Assembly: GCA_015055815.1 (NCBI GenBank)
Contig: SVHM01000001.1
Span: 41,774-105,773, forward strand
Reading direction: 5' to 3'
Length of the DNA stretch: 64,000 nucleotides
From: Clostridiales bacterium
Lineage (GTDB): Bacteria; Bacillota; Clostridia; Christensenellales; UBA1242
Below are positions 1-9,990 of the stretch, piece after piece (positions within the stretch are counted from its first letter, which is position 1; every line of letters starts with the position of its first letter). The notes beneath the pieces are model-generated. The model did no database searches and was not told where the DNA came from. It saw only the letters and a program-made list of their open reading frames with translations. A program made the translations under genes and the position numbers.

Positions 1-3000
1 TATATGACAGACGATATGCAAGATGCAAGTTATATAACTGATAGTAATAAGAGTACTATTGGTATCAAACAAGGTGTAGTATTTACTAAAAAACCAAGTC
101 TTGATGTGTCTGATATGTATGATAGAGATAGATTTGATTATTATATTACTCTTACTGAAGAAGTAGATAAATATAATATTACTGCATCTGTTAATACAAA
201 CCCAACAGGTACGACATTAGGTAGTGTTAGAGTTTACCAAAATGGTAGTGAGCTTGCATCAAATGCTACAGCTAATCATAATACTCCTATTAAGATTGAA
301 GTTACATTTAATGATACTCAATTAACTACTGCTGGACAAAATATTAGAGTAGATAAATGGACTCAAATTAAAGATAGTACAAAAACTAGTGGAACTGACA
401 TTGTTAATTATTTAGATGCCGATAAGACAATTGTTAATAGTATCGGTGGCGGATATAGTCACGATAATATTGACTTTGATATTACCGGTAACTATAACAT
501 TAATAATTACACAAGGTTTAATGTTGGAAGTGGTGTTAAATATTTCACTGATTTCGATGTTAAAGACAATAAAATGTCAATTGAATTTATAGCTTCTGCT
601 GAGACTGAAGGTAATTATGAAGTTGATTTAGTTCTTCAGTGGTTAGTACAAATTAAATTCAAAGTATCAGACGAAGGGGTTGGTCATGATTATCCAATTG
701 TATTTATGAATGGATTTGAAGCGAATACATCTACTGATGCAAATACAATAATAAATAACGAAAAATCTCCATATTCAACATTTGAAAATATGGAAATAAC
801 AGATAGTGTTTATGATATTAATCAACAAATAATACATGAACATACAGCTAGTTGTTATTCGACAACAAACTTAATATGTCATAACTATAATTGTATGACA
901 TTGTCATGTACAAATACTAATTATAATCATGTTCACAATTTAGCTTGTTATGTTCTTAATCATTCTTCACATACACATGATGGCGGAGAATGTAAGTATA
1001 AACAATTATGTTCAATTGATGATAGTACATTGAGTTATACAAATAAAGAATATAATAACTCAAAAACAAAACCATCAAATAGTGATGCAATTAATATTTC
1101 AAAAGGGTATTATACTATTAATGGTGTTACAAAAGAATATGGTACAACTGGAAACTTAGATTCCGTTGATTATCTTGGTAACAGATTTACAGCAAACTTA
1201 TTTGTAGATAACGGTGCAAGTCTAAACTTTAATACATATTCAAAAGATGCTTATGTATTCCAGAACTTTACTACAAATGGTGTGACAAAAACTCATTCAA
1301 CTACGCTTGTTAGTGTAAATGGCGAGTCATTGAACTTATATTACTTTAGAATTGAGAATATCACCCAAGCTTACTTCTCAAGTAATACAGCCGAAGATGG
1401 AACAATGATTGTTGCTAATTATAACACTGCAGAGCATACTGTTGAAACTATTGTTGATAGCACAAGAGACCCAATAAGTGGAGTTGATAGTGGTAGCAAT
1501 AAAGATAGAAATGTGCCTAATGGTAAAGTTTCTGCTTCAAATAATGTTACAACAAATCCTACTAACTCAGAGTCAAAGACTAGTACAAATGCAGATCCTA
1601 AAATAGTTAATACTGTTACACATAAAAATAATTTAACTATTACATTAATTCCTGATAATAGATATATATTTGATGAATGTCATGTAAGTTATAATTATTA
1701 TAAAATTATTGATGGTACTAAGTATTATGGTGTATGGAATAGTACTAAGAATGTATATGAATTTACATCTACTAGTAGACCTAATGACGGAAGTAATAAT
1801 GTTCCAACAAAATATTTACCAAAACTAACTGTATACAATGACCTTGATGGAAGTACTTCAATAGATACATCTACAACGACTTATTCGGTATTAGATGCAA
1901 CTACAAATGTTACAACTGGAATAAATAAAGGAACGGGAAATAGTAATACAACCCATACTATAACGTTCAATAATATTCGTGGTAACATTGAAGTTCATAT
2001 TAAATACATTAGATATTATTGGAATGATACTCCAGTAAGTGAAGGTTTAAGTGTATTAGACAATACTAAGACAAAAGGAACTTATGACAATCCATATCTA
2101 ATTCAGTCGGCAAGTGATTGGGGATATGTAGTAAATCAAACAATTAGTGGAAATTATTTTGAAAATCAATATTTGATTTTAACTGATGATATTGATTTTG
2201 ATAGTAGATTTATGCCATCAATATCAAGATTTGATGGAACTATCTATGGAAATGGTTTCTCTATGAATAATGTAGTACTTGATGCTTATAGAGATTTAGG
2301 CTTTAATACAAGACATTATCATAATCATACTCATAATAGTAATGTAATTTGTAATGTTACAAATGCTGGACATGAACATAATTCTTATTGCTATGATTAT
2401 GTTGGTAATGATAGCATTGCTGGAATTTCAACTACAAGTGGAGAAAATAACTACTTTGGTTTAATTAATAATTTGAGTGTTAACGCAAAGATATCAGATA
2501 TTAACTTTAATAATCTAACATTGATTGCTAGTGCTTATCTTGCTGGTAGTTCTAAGTTCTTATCAAGAGTAGGCTTAGTTGCTGAAAATAGTGGAACAAT
2601 TAATAATATTGAAATTAATAATACTTCATCTTATACAATAGATACACATTCTGATGTATCTACTACAAATAAAGAAAGATATGTGTCACATCTAGGCTCA
2701 ATTGCAGGACATAACACATCAACTGGAATTATATCTGAATGTATTAATAATGCTACAATCAATTACAATGGAACTAATGGTAATATTAATTATATCTCAG
2801 GTATATCTGGAAGCAATAGTGGGGTTATAATTAATACTATTAATAATGGTGCTATTACAACAACAAGTACAAATACTAAAACAGCTAGTGGTATATCATA
2901 TTCACTTGCAGGTTCAACTATGAAGAATGTTGCAAACAAAGGTAATATTGGAAGTTCGTCTAAGAAATTTACTAATGTTGGTGGCTTATCTTACAGAGTG

Positions 3001-5859
3001 AATGGAATTATAGTTGATGGATATAATACTGGTTCAATTTACGGAAGTTCTCAAGCTGGCGCAATTGCAGTTACATTAGAAGCTTCTGGAATTATATCTA
3101 ATGTATATAATTCAGTAGCAGTTGCTGGAGCGACAAGTAATTATAATACATTTAATACTTCAACAACCGGTGTATATGAAAATGCATACTATTATACAAG
3201 TGGACTTAATAATGTAAGTAATTTTGCAGGCTTTAACTTTGACGGAAATTGGAAAATGGGAACTAATCGTCCTGAATTTAAATTTGAAAGTACTACTGGA
3301 CACTTTACTTTAGGACAGAACAACTATTCATCTACTTCAACAGTTAAAGATACTGGTTTATGGATAGAAGATGAAAACGTACAGGCACTTACTCTGGGTA
3401 GCCTAACAACAAAAACTTTTGGAAGTAAAACAGTTTATATTATTGACACTGCAGAAAAACTTGCTTGGTTGTCAAGAGCAACAATAAATGAAAATACTAG
3501 TTTAACTGGTAAAACATTTGTTATTGCGTCAGCTACGGGTATTGATTTAGCTGGAAAATATTGGACACCAATTAATACAGCTCAAAGTGATCAAAACTAC
3601 TTTAATATAATTGGTGTTGGTAAGGCTCCAAATGATATTACTATTGAAGATATTGCAGTAGATACTCATACTACTAAGTCATACAATGTAAAAATTAAAA
3701 ACATGACAATTGCTAGTGAAAACAGCTTTGAAAGTTCTGATTATTCAGCTCTAATTGCATATATGAAAGCACCAAGGGGTACTAATTCATATTCGCTTGA
3801 AAGAAATGATTGGACACATATTAGGGGAATTGATATGGAAGGTGTTTCTATTAATTCAACTAAGAATAGTAGTGCATTAATCGGATATGCTTCAAATATA
3901 GTAATTAGAAATTGTACATATGTTAGTGGTGAAATTGTATCTTACTCTACTTCAAATACTCCAATATATAGTGCTGGACTTGTAAATAAACTTGAAGATG
4001 CAGTTTTATATGCTTCATCTGTTACAGGTTACAACAATAACAGTACTCCATCACTTCATCATACATATTACTTCGGAGAAGATTATGGTGGCGAATTAAC
4101 GGCTATTACAAATTCTACTTATATTGGTGGTTTATTTGGATTAAATTCAACTGCTAATGCGGTTAGTGGAAGTAATTCAAATGGCAGATATGAAAGTACA
4201 GTAAATTCAATTGTTGAAGAAAACTACTTTAATGGTGTTATCAAAAACTTTGCTAATGCTCATTCGGGTGGTTTAGGTGCAATAAATTCATCAATTGTTC
4301 AAAACAACTACTCAAAGGGTAAATTCAAAGCTTATGTAAATTCTAATAACAGCTTATTTATGACAACTTCAACAGGCGGACAGGTACTAAATAATTATGT
4401 TGCTAATGAGAATATTATATCAATTGATGGAACAAAATTTGATTTCATACATAATTTAACTGGTACGACATTATCAAAGAATTATTATTTAGTTGATAAT
4501 GCATGTCCGGGATTACCTACTAAAATAGGTGAGTATATTAATGATTCAAATTCGAATATTTTCGTAATTGACAGAGCAACACTTATGTCACAACATGCAT
4601 TCATTACTCAAAGCGGTTGGAACTTTAATACAATTTGGGTATATGTAAATGAAGTTAACTTAGACTATCCAGTTCTTAGAGCAATATATGGTAATTTCGT
4701 TGAAACTACCGATATTGAAATAATTATCTACAACCCACATTTATATGATGATGATTCTATAAGACTTGGAAATCTTACAATTGATGATAACGAAATACTT
4801 CAAGAAGTTGATGGACATACAGTAAGCGAATATGAAGAAATTAAAGATACAACATATGAAGTTGAAAAGGGAGAAGCTCCTTATAAGAAACTTAAATATA
4901 TTAAGTTTACTTACACAGTTGTAAGAAACGAATATACTAGCATTATAGTTAATAATACTAGTAATGGATTACTGTCATCTGTATTATTCGGAAGAATTGA
5001 AAGAACTGAAGATGGCACAAATAATATTGAGACTGGTATAACATATTTTAATGAATATGCTGGTCAAAATAATGATGATGTGATACTTGCTCCACAAATG
5101 ACTGAAGAATTATATGGACTTGTTATTACATTTAACGAACGTGCATTTAACGTAACTGTCAACGCAACCCTAACGGCAGATGAGTTAACTGACGGAGTTC
5201 AATATAATGATTATGTAACAGTAATTCTTATTCATAGAAATGCTAGCAATATCATTGATTATGCTAATTCAGTATCTTTAAATAACTTTATAAATAATAG
5301 CTACACATTTACTTCAACATGTGATAGTTATGAAAATAGTAAATATGGATTTAATGGCAATGGAACTTATGATGCAATTAGTCCTGATAAGACAACAATA
5401 AGTTACAATAAACCAGATGGAACTACTTATACAAAGGAAGTTTCAAGAACACTTGATTCTTATGGCTATTGGGAAATATTCATTCTATATCCAATGTTCT
5501 ATGTAAATGATACAACCAACACACAAGTATCTACAAGGAACATTACAGATAATAGATTACTTGAGATTGGATATGATACAAAACTAAATTGTACTAATTC
5601 TCATATGCATACAGATACATGTTATAATCTTACAACTGAAGTTAACAAAGATTATAGACTACCAAATTATAAGTTCTATAATGAATTAACAACTTATGAT
5701 GCAAGCGGTAATATAACAGGTGGTGTTCATAATGGCAATTGTAATGTAAATTCTCTTGGTGTATTCACCCTTGATACAATTACAAGAGATGTTGAAATTA
5801 ACATTACATTAAATAAACCATACGAATACTGGTTACATGATTCTGCTAGTACTCTATAA
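1..5859 (+). CDS. Very large extracellular/surface protein with GLUG-type repeats; N-terminus probably lies outside the window
   Basis: The ORF is open to the left window edge and the first Met is not followed by a signal peptide. The protein is N/T/S/G-rich with repeated GLUG-like segments (VGLVAENSGTINN, LGSIAGHNTSTGIISEC, ISGISGSNSGVIINT, VGGLSYRVNGIIVDG, YIGGLFGLNST, HSGGLGAINSS). It has four HxH..CY clusters. A terminator follows the stop codon. Confidence 0.6.
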   Translation, partial: YMTDDMQDASYITDSNKSTIGIKQGVVFTKKPSLDVSDMYDRDRFDYYITLTEEVDKYNITASVNTNPTGTTLGSVRVYQNGSELASNATANHNTPIKIEVTFNDTQLTTAGQNIRVDKWTQIKDSTKTSGTDIVNYLDADKTIVNSIGGGYSHDNIDFDITGNYNINNYTRFNVGSGVKYFTDFDVKDNKMSIEFIASAETEGNYEVDLVLQWLVQIKFKVSDEGVGHDYPIVFMNGFEANTSTDANTIINNEKSPYSTFENMEITDSVYDINQQIIHEHTASCYSTTNLICHNYNCMTLSCTNTNYNHVHNLACYVLNHSSHTHDGGECKYKQLCSIDDSTLSYTNKEYNNSKTKPSNSDAINISKGYYTINGVTKEYGTTGNLDSVDYLGNRFTANLFVDNGASLNFNTYSKDAYVFQNFTTNGVTKTHSTTLVSVNGESLNLYYFRIENITQAYFSSNTAEDGTMIVANYNTAEHTVETIVDSTRDPISGVDSGSNKDRNVPNGKVSASNNVTTNPTNSESKTSTNADPKIVNTVTHKNNLTITLIPDNRYIFDECHVSYNYYKIIDGTKYYGVWNSTKNVYEFTSTSRPNDGSNNVPTKYLPKLTVYNDLDGSTSIDTSTTTYSVLDATTNVTTGINKGTGNSNTTHTITFNNIRGNIEVHIKYIRYYWNDTPVSEGLSVLDNTKTKGTYDNPYLIQSASDWGYVVNQTISGNYFENQYLILTDDIDFDSRFMPSISRFDGTIYGNGFSMNNVVLDAYRDLGFNTRHYHNHTHNSNVICNVTNAGHEHNSYCYDYVGNDSIAGISTTSGENNYFGLINNLSVNAKISDINFNNLTLIASAYLAGSSKFLSRVGLVAENSGTINNIEINNTSSYTIDTHSDVSTTNKERYVSHLGSIAGHNTSTGIISECINNATINYNGTNGNINYISGISGSNSGVIINTINNGAITTTSTNTKTASGISYSLAGSTMKNVANKGNIGSSSKKFTNVGGLSYRVNGIIVDGYNTGSIYGSSQAGAIAVTLEASGIISNVYNSVAVAGATSNYNTFNTSTTGVYENAYYYTSGLNNVSNFAGFNFDGNWKMGTNRPEFKFESTTGHFTLGQNNYSSTSTVKDTGLWIEDENVQALTLGSLTTKTFGSKTVYIIDTAEKLAWLSRATINENTSLTGKTFVIASATGIDLAGKYWTPINTAQSDQNYFNIIGVGKAPNDITIEDIAVDTHTTKSYNVKIKNMTIASENSFESSDYSALIAYMKAPRGTNSYSLERNDWTHIRGIDMEGVSINSTKNSSALIGYASNIVIRNCTYVSGEIVSYSTSNTPIYSAGLVNKLEDAVLYASSVTGYNNNSTPSLHHTYYFGEDYGGELTAITNSTYIGGLFGLNSTANAVSGSNSNGRYESTVNSIVEENYFNGVIKNFANAHSGGLGAINSSIVQNNYSKGKFKAYVNSNNSLFMTTSTGGQVLNNYVANENIISIDGTKFDFIHNLTGTTLSKNYYLVDNACPGLPTKIGEYINDSNSNIFVIDRATLMSQHAFITQSGWNFNTIWVYVNEVNLDYPVLRAIYGNFVETTDIEIIIYNPHLYDDDSIRLGNLTIDDNEILQEVDGHTVSEYEEIKDTTYEVEKGEAPYKKLKYIKFTYTVVRNEYTSIIVNNTSNGLLSSVLFGRIERTEDGTNNIETGITYFNEYAGQNNDDVILAPQMTEELYGLVITFNERAFNVTVNATLTADELTDGVQYNDYVTVILIHRNASNIIDYANSVSLNNFINNSYTFTSTCDSYENSKYGFNGNGTYDAISPDKTTISYNKPDGTTYTKEVSRTLDSYGYWEIFILYPMFYVNDTTNTQVSTRNITDNRLLEIGYDTKLNCTNSHMHTDTCYNLTTEVNKDYRLPNYKFYNELTTYDASGNITGGVHNGNCNVNSLGVFTLDTITRDVEINITLNKPYEYWLHDSASTL

Positions 5860-5864
5860 TAAAA

Positions 5865-5900
5865 ATAACTCCTAATTTTAAATTAGGGGTTATTTTTTTG
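5865..5900 (+). terminator. Rho-independent terminator after the giant ORF
   Basis: Stem ataactcctaa / ttaggggttat (one G-U pair) followed by a T7 run, just after the TAA TAA stops. Confidence 0.7.
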
Positions 5901-6005
5901 TTGTTTACATTTTATAAATAATATTAAAAAACATTTATTTTTAATATTATTTTTATAGATTTTAAAAAATACTTACTAAAAAATTAGACAACTAATAAAC
6001 TCATT

Positions 6006-6036
6006 AAAAAAGTCTCCATAATAGTTTATGGAGACT
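6006..6036 (-). terminator. Rho-independent terminator of the ABC operon
   Basis: 10-bp stem agtctccata / tatggagact with a 6-nt loop. On the minus strand a T-run follows (plus-strand aaaaa at 6006-6010). It lies 10 nt after the permease stop. Confidence 0.7.
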
Positions 6037-6045
6037 TAAATTATA

Positions 6046-8100
6046 TTAGAAATCACGTTTCTTAAATACTGAATAAGAAACAATCAACATAATAACAGAG
6101 TAAGATATTAATAATAGAATGCTAAATGGAAATGCCATTGTATTTTGAATAGGGGTTATTAATGCATTTTTTATTATGTTATCGCTTTCAATTGAAATAA
6201 ACGAATTACCGAAGTATTTAAATAAATGTAAGTTCATTGCTGGGAAGAATGAATACCAAAATGCTGTTGGGAATATTGCATTTAGAGCAAATGTTGAAAT
6301 TATTATTACAAGTGAAGTAGTAATTGCACCTGCGTAATTTTTAAATAAAATTGAAAACATTAGCGCAACAATTACAAAGAATATAATATCAATAATAAGT
6401 GATAAGATATTAATTCCCATAAGTAGTAGTGGATTAATTGTAAATGCGGTATTTCCGTTAAATACAGCCAGTATTTCAGCTTCTACTAAATCGTATTGGA
6501 AATATCCAACTACAAATGATAGGATACTACTAAATAGCATAAATATAACTACAAAGAAAATAGTTGCTAGTAATTTTGCTGTAATAATTTTTGATCTCTT
6601 ATAAGGTCTTACAAGAAGCAATTTTATTGTTCCGCTTTCCATTTCGCCAGTAATGATATTAGATATCATCATAACGGCAAATATCATAATAATAATTGCA
6701 CAAAATTCAAGAGAAAAGTACATATAATCATAGGTGTTTGTAAGTTCAGAAGAATTTTGATTAAATGCAAAATTATTTAAGAATGAATTTGAATAAATAT
6801 TATTTTCAATATAATATAAATTTTTAGCTAGATTTTCTTTTAAATTATATACGTTTATACTATCAAAACCATAATTATAAAAATTTAAATAAGTTGCACT
6901 TTCATAATCATTTATAATATCGAGTATAATATTATCTAAAATATAAGAGTTATAAGCATTAGCTAGTAATTTATATTCAGTTGCAAAAAATGAAATATTT
7001 TTAATACTATTTTCATTTCTGCTTAGGGAAATTTTATCATCAATATTTTTTCTATTCTCGATTACAACCTTATTTATATTCGAAAATGATGTATTAAAAT
7101 CACTATTAATCATTACTTGAGTAATCTTACCAGGTAGCGTATTTATAAGGTTAGAGAAGTTTTCATAAGTTAATGTTGTTGAAAGTTCTCTAAGTGAGTT
7201 ATAATCTGTACTTTTCTCAAGTTCGCCGATGCATGTTTCAAATAAGTTTGAATAAGTTTTATGGTCATCTTTACTAATAAGAACAATAGGGGTATTAAAT
7301 TCAGTTATTTCTTCAAAATAGTTTTTAAGAATAATAGTGTCATCAAGTAATGTTTTTTTACTACTTAAAATACTATTTATATGTGAAGAGCCGTTTATTG
7401 TAATTTCCTTTTGGAAAGCATTATAATCATCTTTAATATTCTGAGTAAGGATATCTAATGTTTTTGATATAAAATATTTGCCATATTCAAGTTCATTTTT
7501 TAATTTACTTTCATAATCATTTGTATTATAAATATTAACTATATCGTTAGGTGTGTAACTAGAATTATTACATGCGTCAATTAAGTCATTTACTGCTGAA
7601 CATGAACTAATATACTTTTCATTATCATTGGTAAATAAAACAAAAGAATAGTTATAGGCTAGAGATCCAAATGTTTCAAATTTTACCTTAAAATCTTGAA
7701 GTGATGACCTAAATTCATCAAGTTTTTTAACTTTTAAAGCATCATCTTTTTCATTTTTTAAGTTGTTAATTTTATTGCTAACAATGCCATAATATTGGTC
7801 TAAATCAGAAATTCGTTTATAATATAAAGAGTAGTAGTTAATTATTTTATCAGTGTCGTCATACAATTCATTAATATGAGATTGCGAGTCTTCTAAATCA
7901 CTATAATAATAAGTATTATAAAAATCTTGAGAAGTAGTAACATTAGTATAAGAAATATTATAGTTATTTCTTTTTGTAGGATTAAATAAATAAGCAGATC
8001 CAAGAATAGTTGCAACAATTAAAAGAGCCACTATAAACACACTAGGTCTCTTAAAAATTTTTTTAAATTCTGCCTTAATTAATCTAAATGTACTAGGCAT
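6046..8100 (-). CDS. ABC-2-type transporter permease with a large (~430 aa) extracytoplasmic domain
   Basis: One N-terminal TM helix, a long N/Y/D-rich soluble region, then about 5-6 C-terminal TM helices typical of ABC-2 permeases. The ATPase gene sits directly upstream with only an 11-nt gap. Confidence 0.7.
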   Translation of the reverse strand: MPSTFRLIKAEFKKIFKRPSVFIVALLIVATILGSAYLFNPTKRNNYNISYTNVTTSQDFYNTYYYSDLEDSQSHINELYDDTDKIINYYSLYYKRISDLDQYYGIVSNKINNLKNEKDDALKVKKLDEFRSSLQDFKVKFETFGSLAYNYSFVLFTNDNEKYISSCSAVNDLIDACNNSSYTPNDIVNIYNTNDYESKLKNELEYGKYFISKTLDILTQNIKDDYNAFQKEITINGSSHINSILSSKKTLLDDTIILKNYFEEITEFNTPIVLISKDDHKTYSNLFETCIGELEKSTDYNSLRELSTTLTYENFSNLINTLPGKITQVMINSDFNTSFSNINKVVIENRKNIDDKISLSRNENSIKNISFFATEYKLLANAYNSYILDNIILDIINDYESATYLNFYNYGFDSINVYNLKENLAKNLYYIENNIYSNSFLNNFAFNQNSSELTNTYDYMYFSLEFCAIIIMIFAVMMISNIITGEMESGTIKLLLVRPYKRSKIITAKLLATIFFVVIFMLFSSILSFVVGYFQYDLVEAEILAVFNGNTAFTINPLLLMGINILSLIIDIIFFVIVALMFSILFKNYAGAITTSLVIIISTFALNAIFPTAFWYSFFPAMNLHLFKYFGNSFISIESDNIIKNALITPIQNTMAFPFSILLLISYSVIMLIVSYSVFKKRDF

Positions 8101-8111
8101 TTTACATCTCC

Positions 8112-9050
8112 TTAAATAATATTTGTTTTTCCATTGGTTTTATTATTAATTATTTCTAAGAATATTTCTTCAAGTGATTTGCTTACAAGTTCTATTCCAA
8201 AGATAGAAATGTTATAATGAACTAGTTTTTGAGTAATTTCGTTAATTTTTTCTTCATTACAATTCACAAGCACTGTGTTGCCCGCTATCTCAGCATCAAG
8301 TTTTAATTCGTTAACAATAACTTTACCAGCGAAATTAGGATAATCTACCTTTATCTGTACTCTTCTATTTTTATCTATTTCCGCCTCAAGATTGTTTAGT
8401 GATTTGATTTCTACTAATTGACCATTGTTGATTATAGCAACAGTATCACAAAGTTGTTGCATGTCTCCCAACATATGACTTGAAATCAAAATAGATATTC
8501 CATATTCCTTAGCAAGTATTTTTAGAAAATCTCTCATTTCCTTAACTCCACTAGGATCAAGTCCACTCAATGGTTCATCTAAAACCAAAAGCTTAGGGGA
8601 GTGTAGTAATGCTTGGGCAATTCCTAACCTTTGCTTCATTCCTAATGAATATGTCTTAACTTTATCTTTTAATCTTTGTTCAAGTCCTACAACTCTTGAA
8701 AATTTTATAATATCTTGTTTACTGATATTTTTATATAAGCTAGCATAATATTGCAAATTTTCCATTCCAGTCATATTAGGATACATTAGGGGATTTTCAA
8801 TAAGAGCACCTATATTTCTTAGAGCCTTTTCTTTATGTTTAGGCATGTCAAAATCGCATATTCTAATTTGACCTTTCGTAATACTAGTAAGTCCGCAAAT
8901 CATTTTCATAGTGGTAGTCTTACCAGCACCGTTGGGACCCAAAAAACCAAATATTTCTCCTTCTCTTATAGTAAAAGAAAGATTGTTTACAGCAACTCTA
9001 CTTCCGTATGTTTTGGTTAGATTTGTAATGTCCAATACAACCTTATTCAA
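8112..9050 (-). CDS. ABC transporter ATP-binding protein
   Basis: Walker A GPNGAGKTT, signature YSLGMKQRLGIA, Walker B LLVLDEPLSGLD, H-loop SSHML. Confidence 0.92.
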   Translation of the reverse strand: MNKVVLDITNLTKTYGSRVAVNNLSFTIREGEIFGFLGPNGAGKTTTMKMICGLTSITKGQIRICDFDMPKHKEKALRNIGALIENPLMYPNMTGMENLQYYASLYKNISKQDIIKFSRVVGLEQRLKDKVKTYSLGMKQRLGIAQALLHSPKLLVLDEPLSGLDPSGVKEMRDFLKILAKEYGISILISSHMLGDMQQLCDTVAIINNGQLVEIKSLNNLEAEIDKNRRVQIKVDYPNFAGKVIVNELKLDAEIAGNTVLVNCNEEKINEITQKLVHYNISIFGIELVSKSLEEIFLEIINNKTNGKTNII

Positions 9051-9123
9051 TTTATTTCTCCTTTTTTCATTCTCAATGCATATTAAAATAACACTTTTAG
9101 TATAATATTTTGAAGGTGAATTT

Positions 9124-9990
9124 ATGAAAATGTTATTTTACTTTACTAATTTTATTATAATAATATTATCAGTATATATCTTATTTTTTGTAGAATTTAA
9201 TATTAACTTTTATTTAAAACTAACATTTTTAATAGTAATATTTGCATCATTTCTTTTATCTTATGTATTTAAGTTATTTAAGAAAAGAAAATTGTCACGA
9301 TTATTTTATGTTATATATGCTATTACATTTGTGTTAATGTGTGGCTATTATCTTTTATATAGATATAGTATCTTGACAATTTTTTCATCGGTACAATCAT
9401 TTAAAGATTTCATATTATCAACTAAGGAAAAGGGGATTATCACATATATTTTAATTCAAGCTGGGCAAGTAGTAATTTTACCTATTCCTGCAGCAATTAT
9501 TTGCGTAGTTGGAAGTTTAATTTATGGACCATTTCTTGGTGGTGTGTATTGTAGTATTGGCGTTCTTATCGGCTCATATATTTCATTCTTTATAGGTAAA
9601 ACTTTTGGATATAGATTAGTTAGTTGGATAGTTGGTAAAGAAAATACCGATAAGTATTCACAAATAATCGTTAAAAGGGGTAGCTTTTTTCTAGTGCTTG
9701 CTTTTTTGCTTCCAATGTTTCCAGATGATATCTTATGTCTTATAGCTGGTATCACAAATATAAACTATAGAACATTCTTTTTGATAGCGTTAATTACTCG
9801 ACCAATTGGTGTAATATGCATGTCATATTTTGGTAGTGGCAAACTTATACCTTTTACTGGTTGGGGAATATACGCATGGATAGGTATTTTAATTGTCGCA
9901 GTTATACTGGTTTATGTTACGTATAAATACCAAGAAAAAATGCAAAATATAATAATAAATAAAATCTTCAAAAAAAATCTTAAGAATTAA
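9124..9990 (+). CDS. TVP38/TMEM64 (DedA-related, SNARE-associated) family membrane protein
   Basis: Polytopic membrane protein. The conserved segment ...GKTFGYRLV...FLLPMFPDDILCLIAGITNI... matches the VTT/TVP38 domain pattern. Confidence 0.7.
   Translation: MKMLFYFTNFIIIILSVYILFFVEFNINFYLKLTFLIVIFASFLLSYVFKLFKKRKLSRLFYVIYAITFVLMCGYYLLYRYSILTIFSSVQSFKDFILSTKEKGIITYILIQAGQVVILPIPAAIICVVGSLIYGPFLGGVYCSIGVLIGSYISFFIGKTFGYRLVSWIVGKENTDKYSQIIVKRGSFFLVLAFLLPMFPDDILCLIAGITNINYRTFFLIALITRPIGVICMSYFGSGKLIPFTGWGIYAWIGILIVAVILVYVTYKYQEKMQNIIINKIFKKNLKN

Noticed and set aside
8835-9105. ORF-track entries on the strand opposite well-supported genes. Examples: 8835-9020, 8911-9105, 9522-9755, 10297-11048, 13346-13612, 17047-17346, 25168-25386, 41323-42939, 52501-52755, 55823-56218.
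   Set aside because: They lie entirely inside conserved genes on the other strand. They have low-complexity composition typical of shadow frames in AT-rich DNA, and lack ribosome-binding sites or recognisable motifs.
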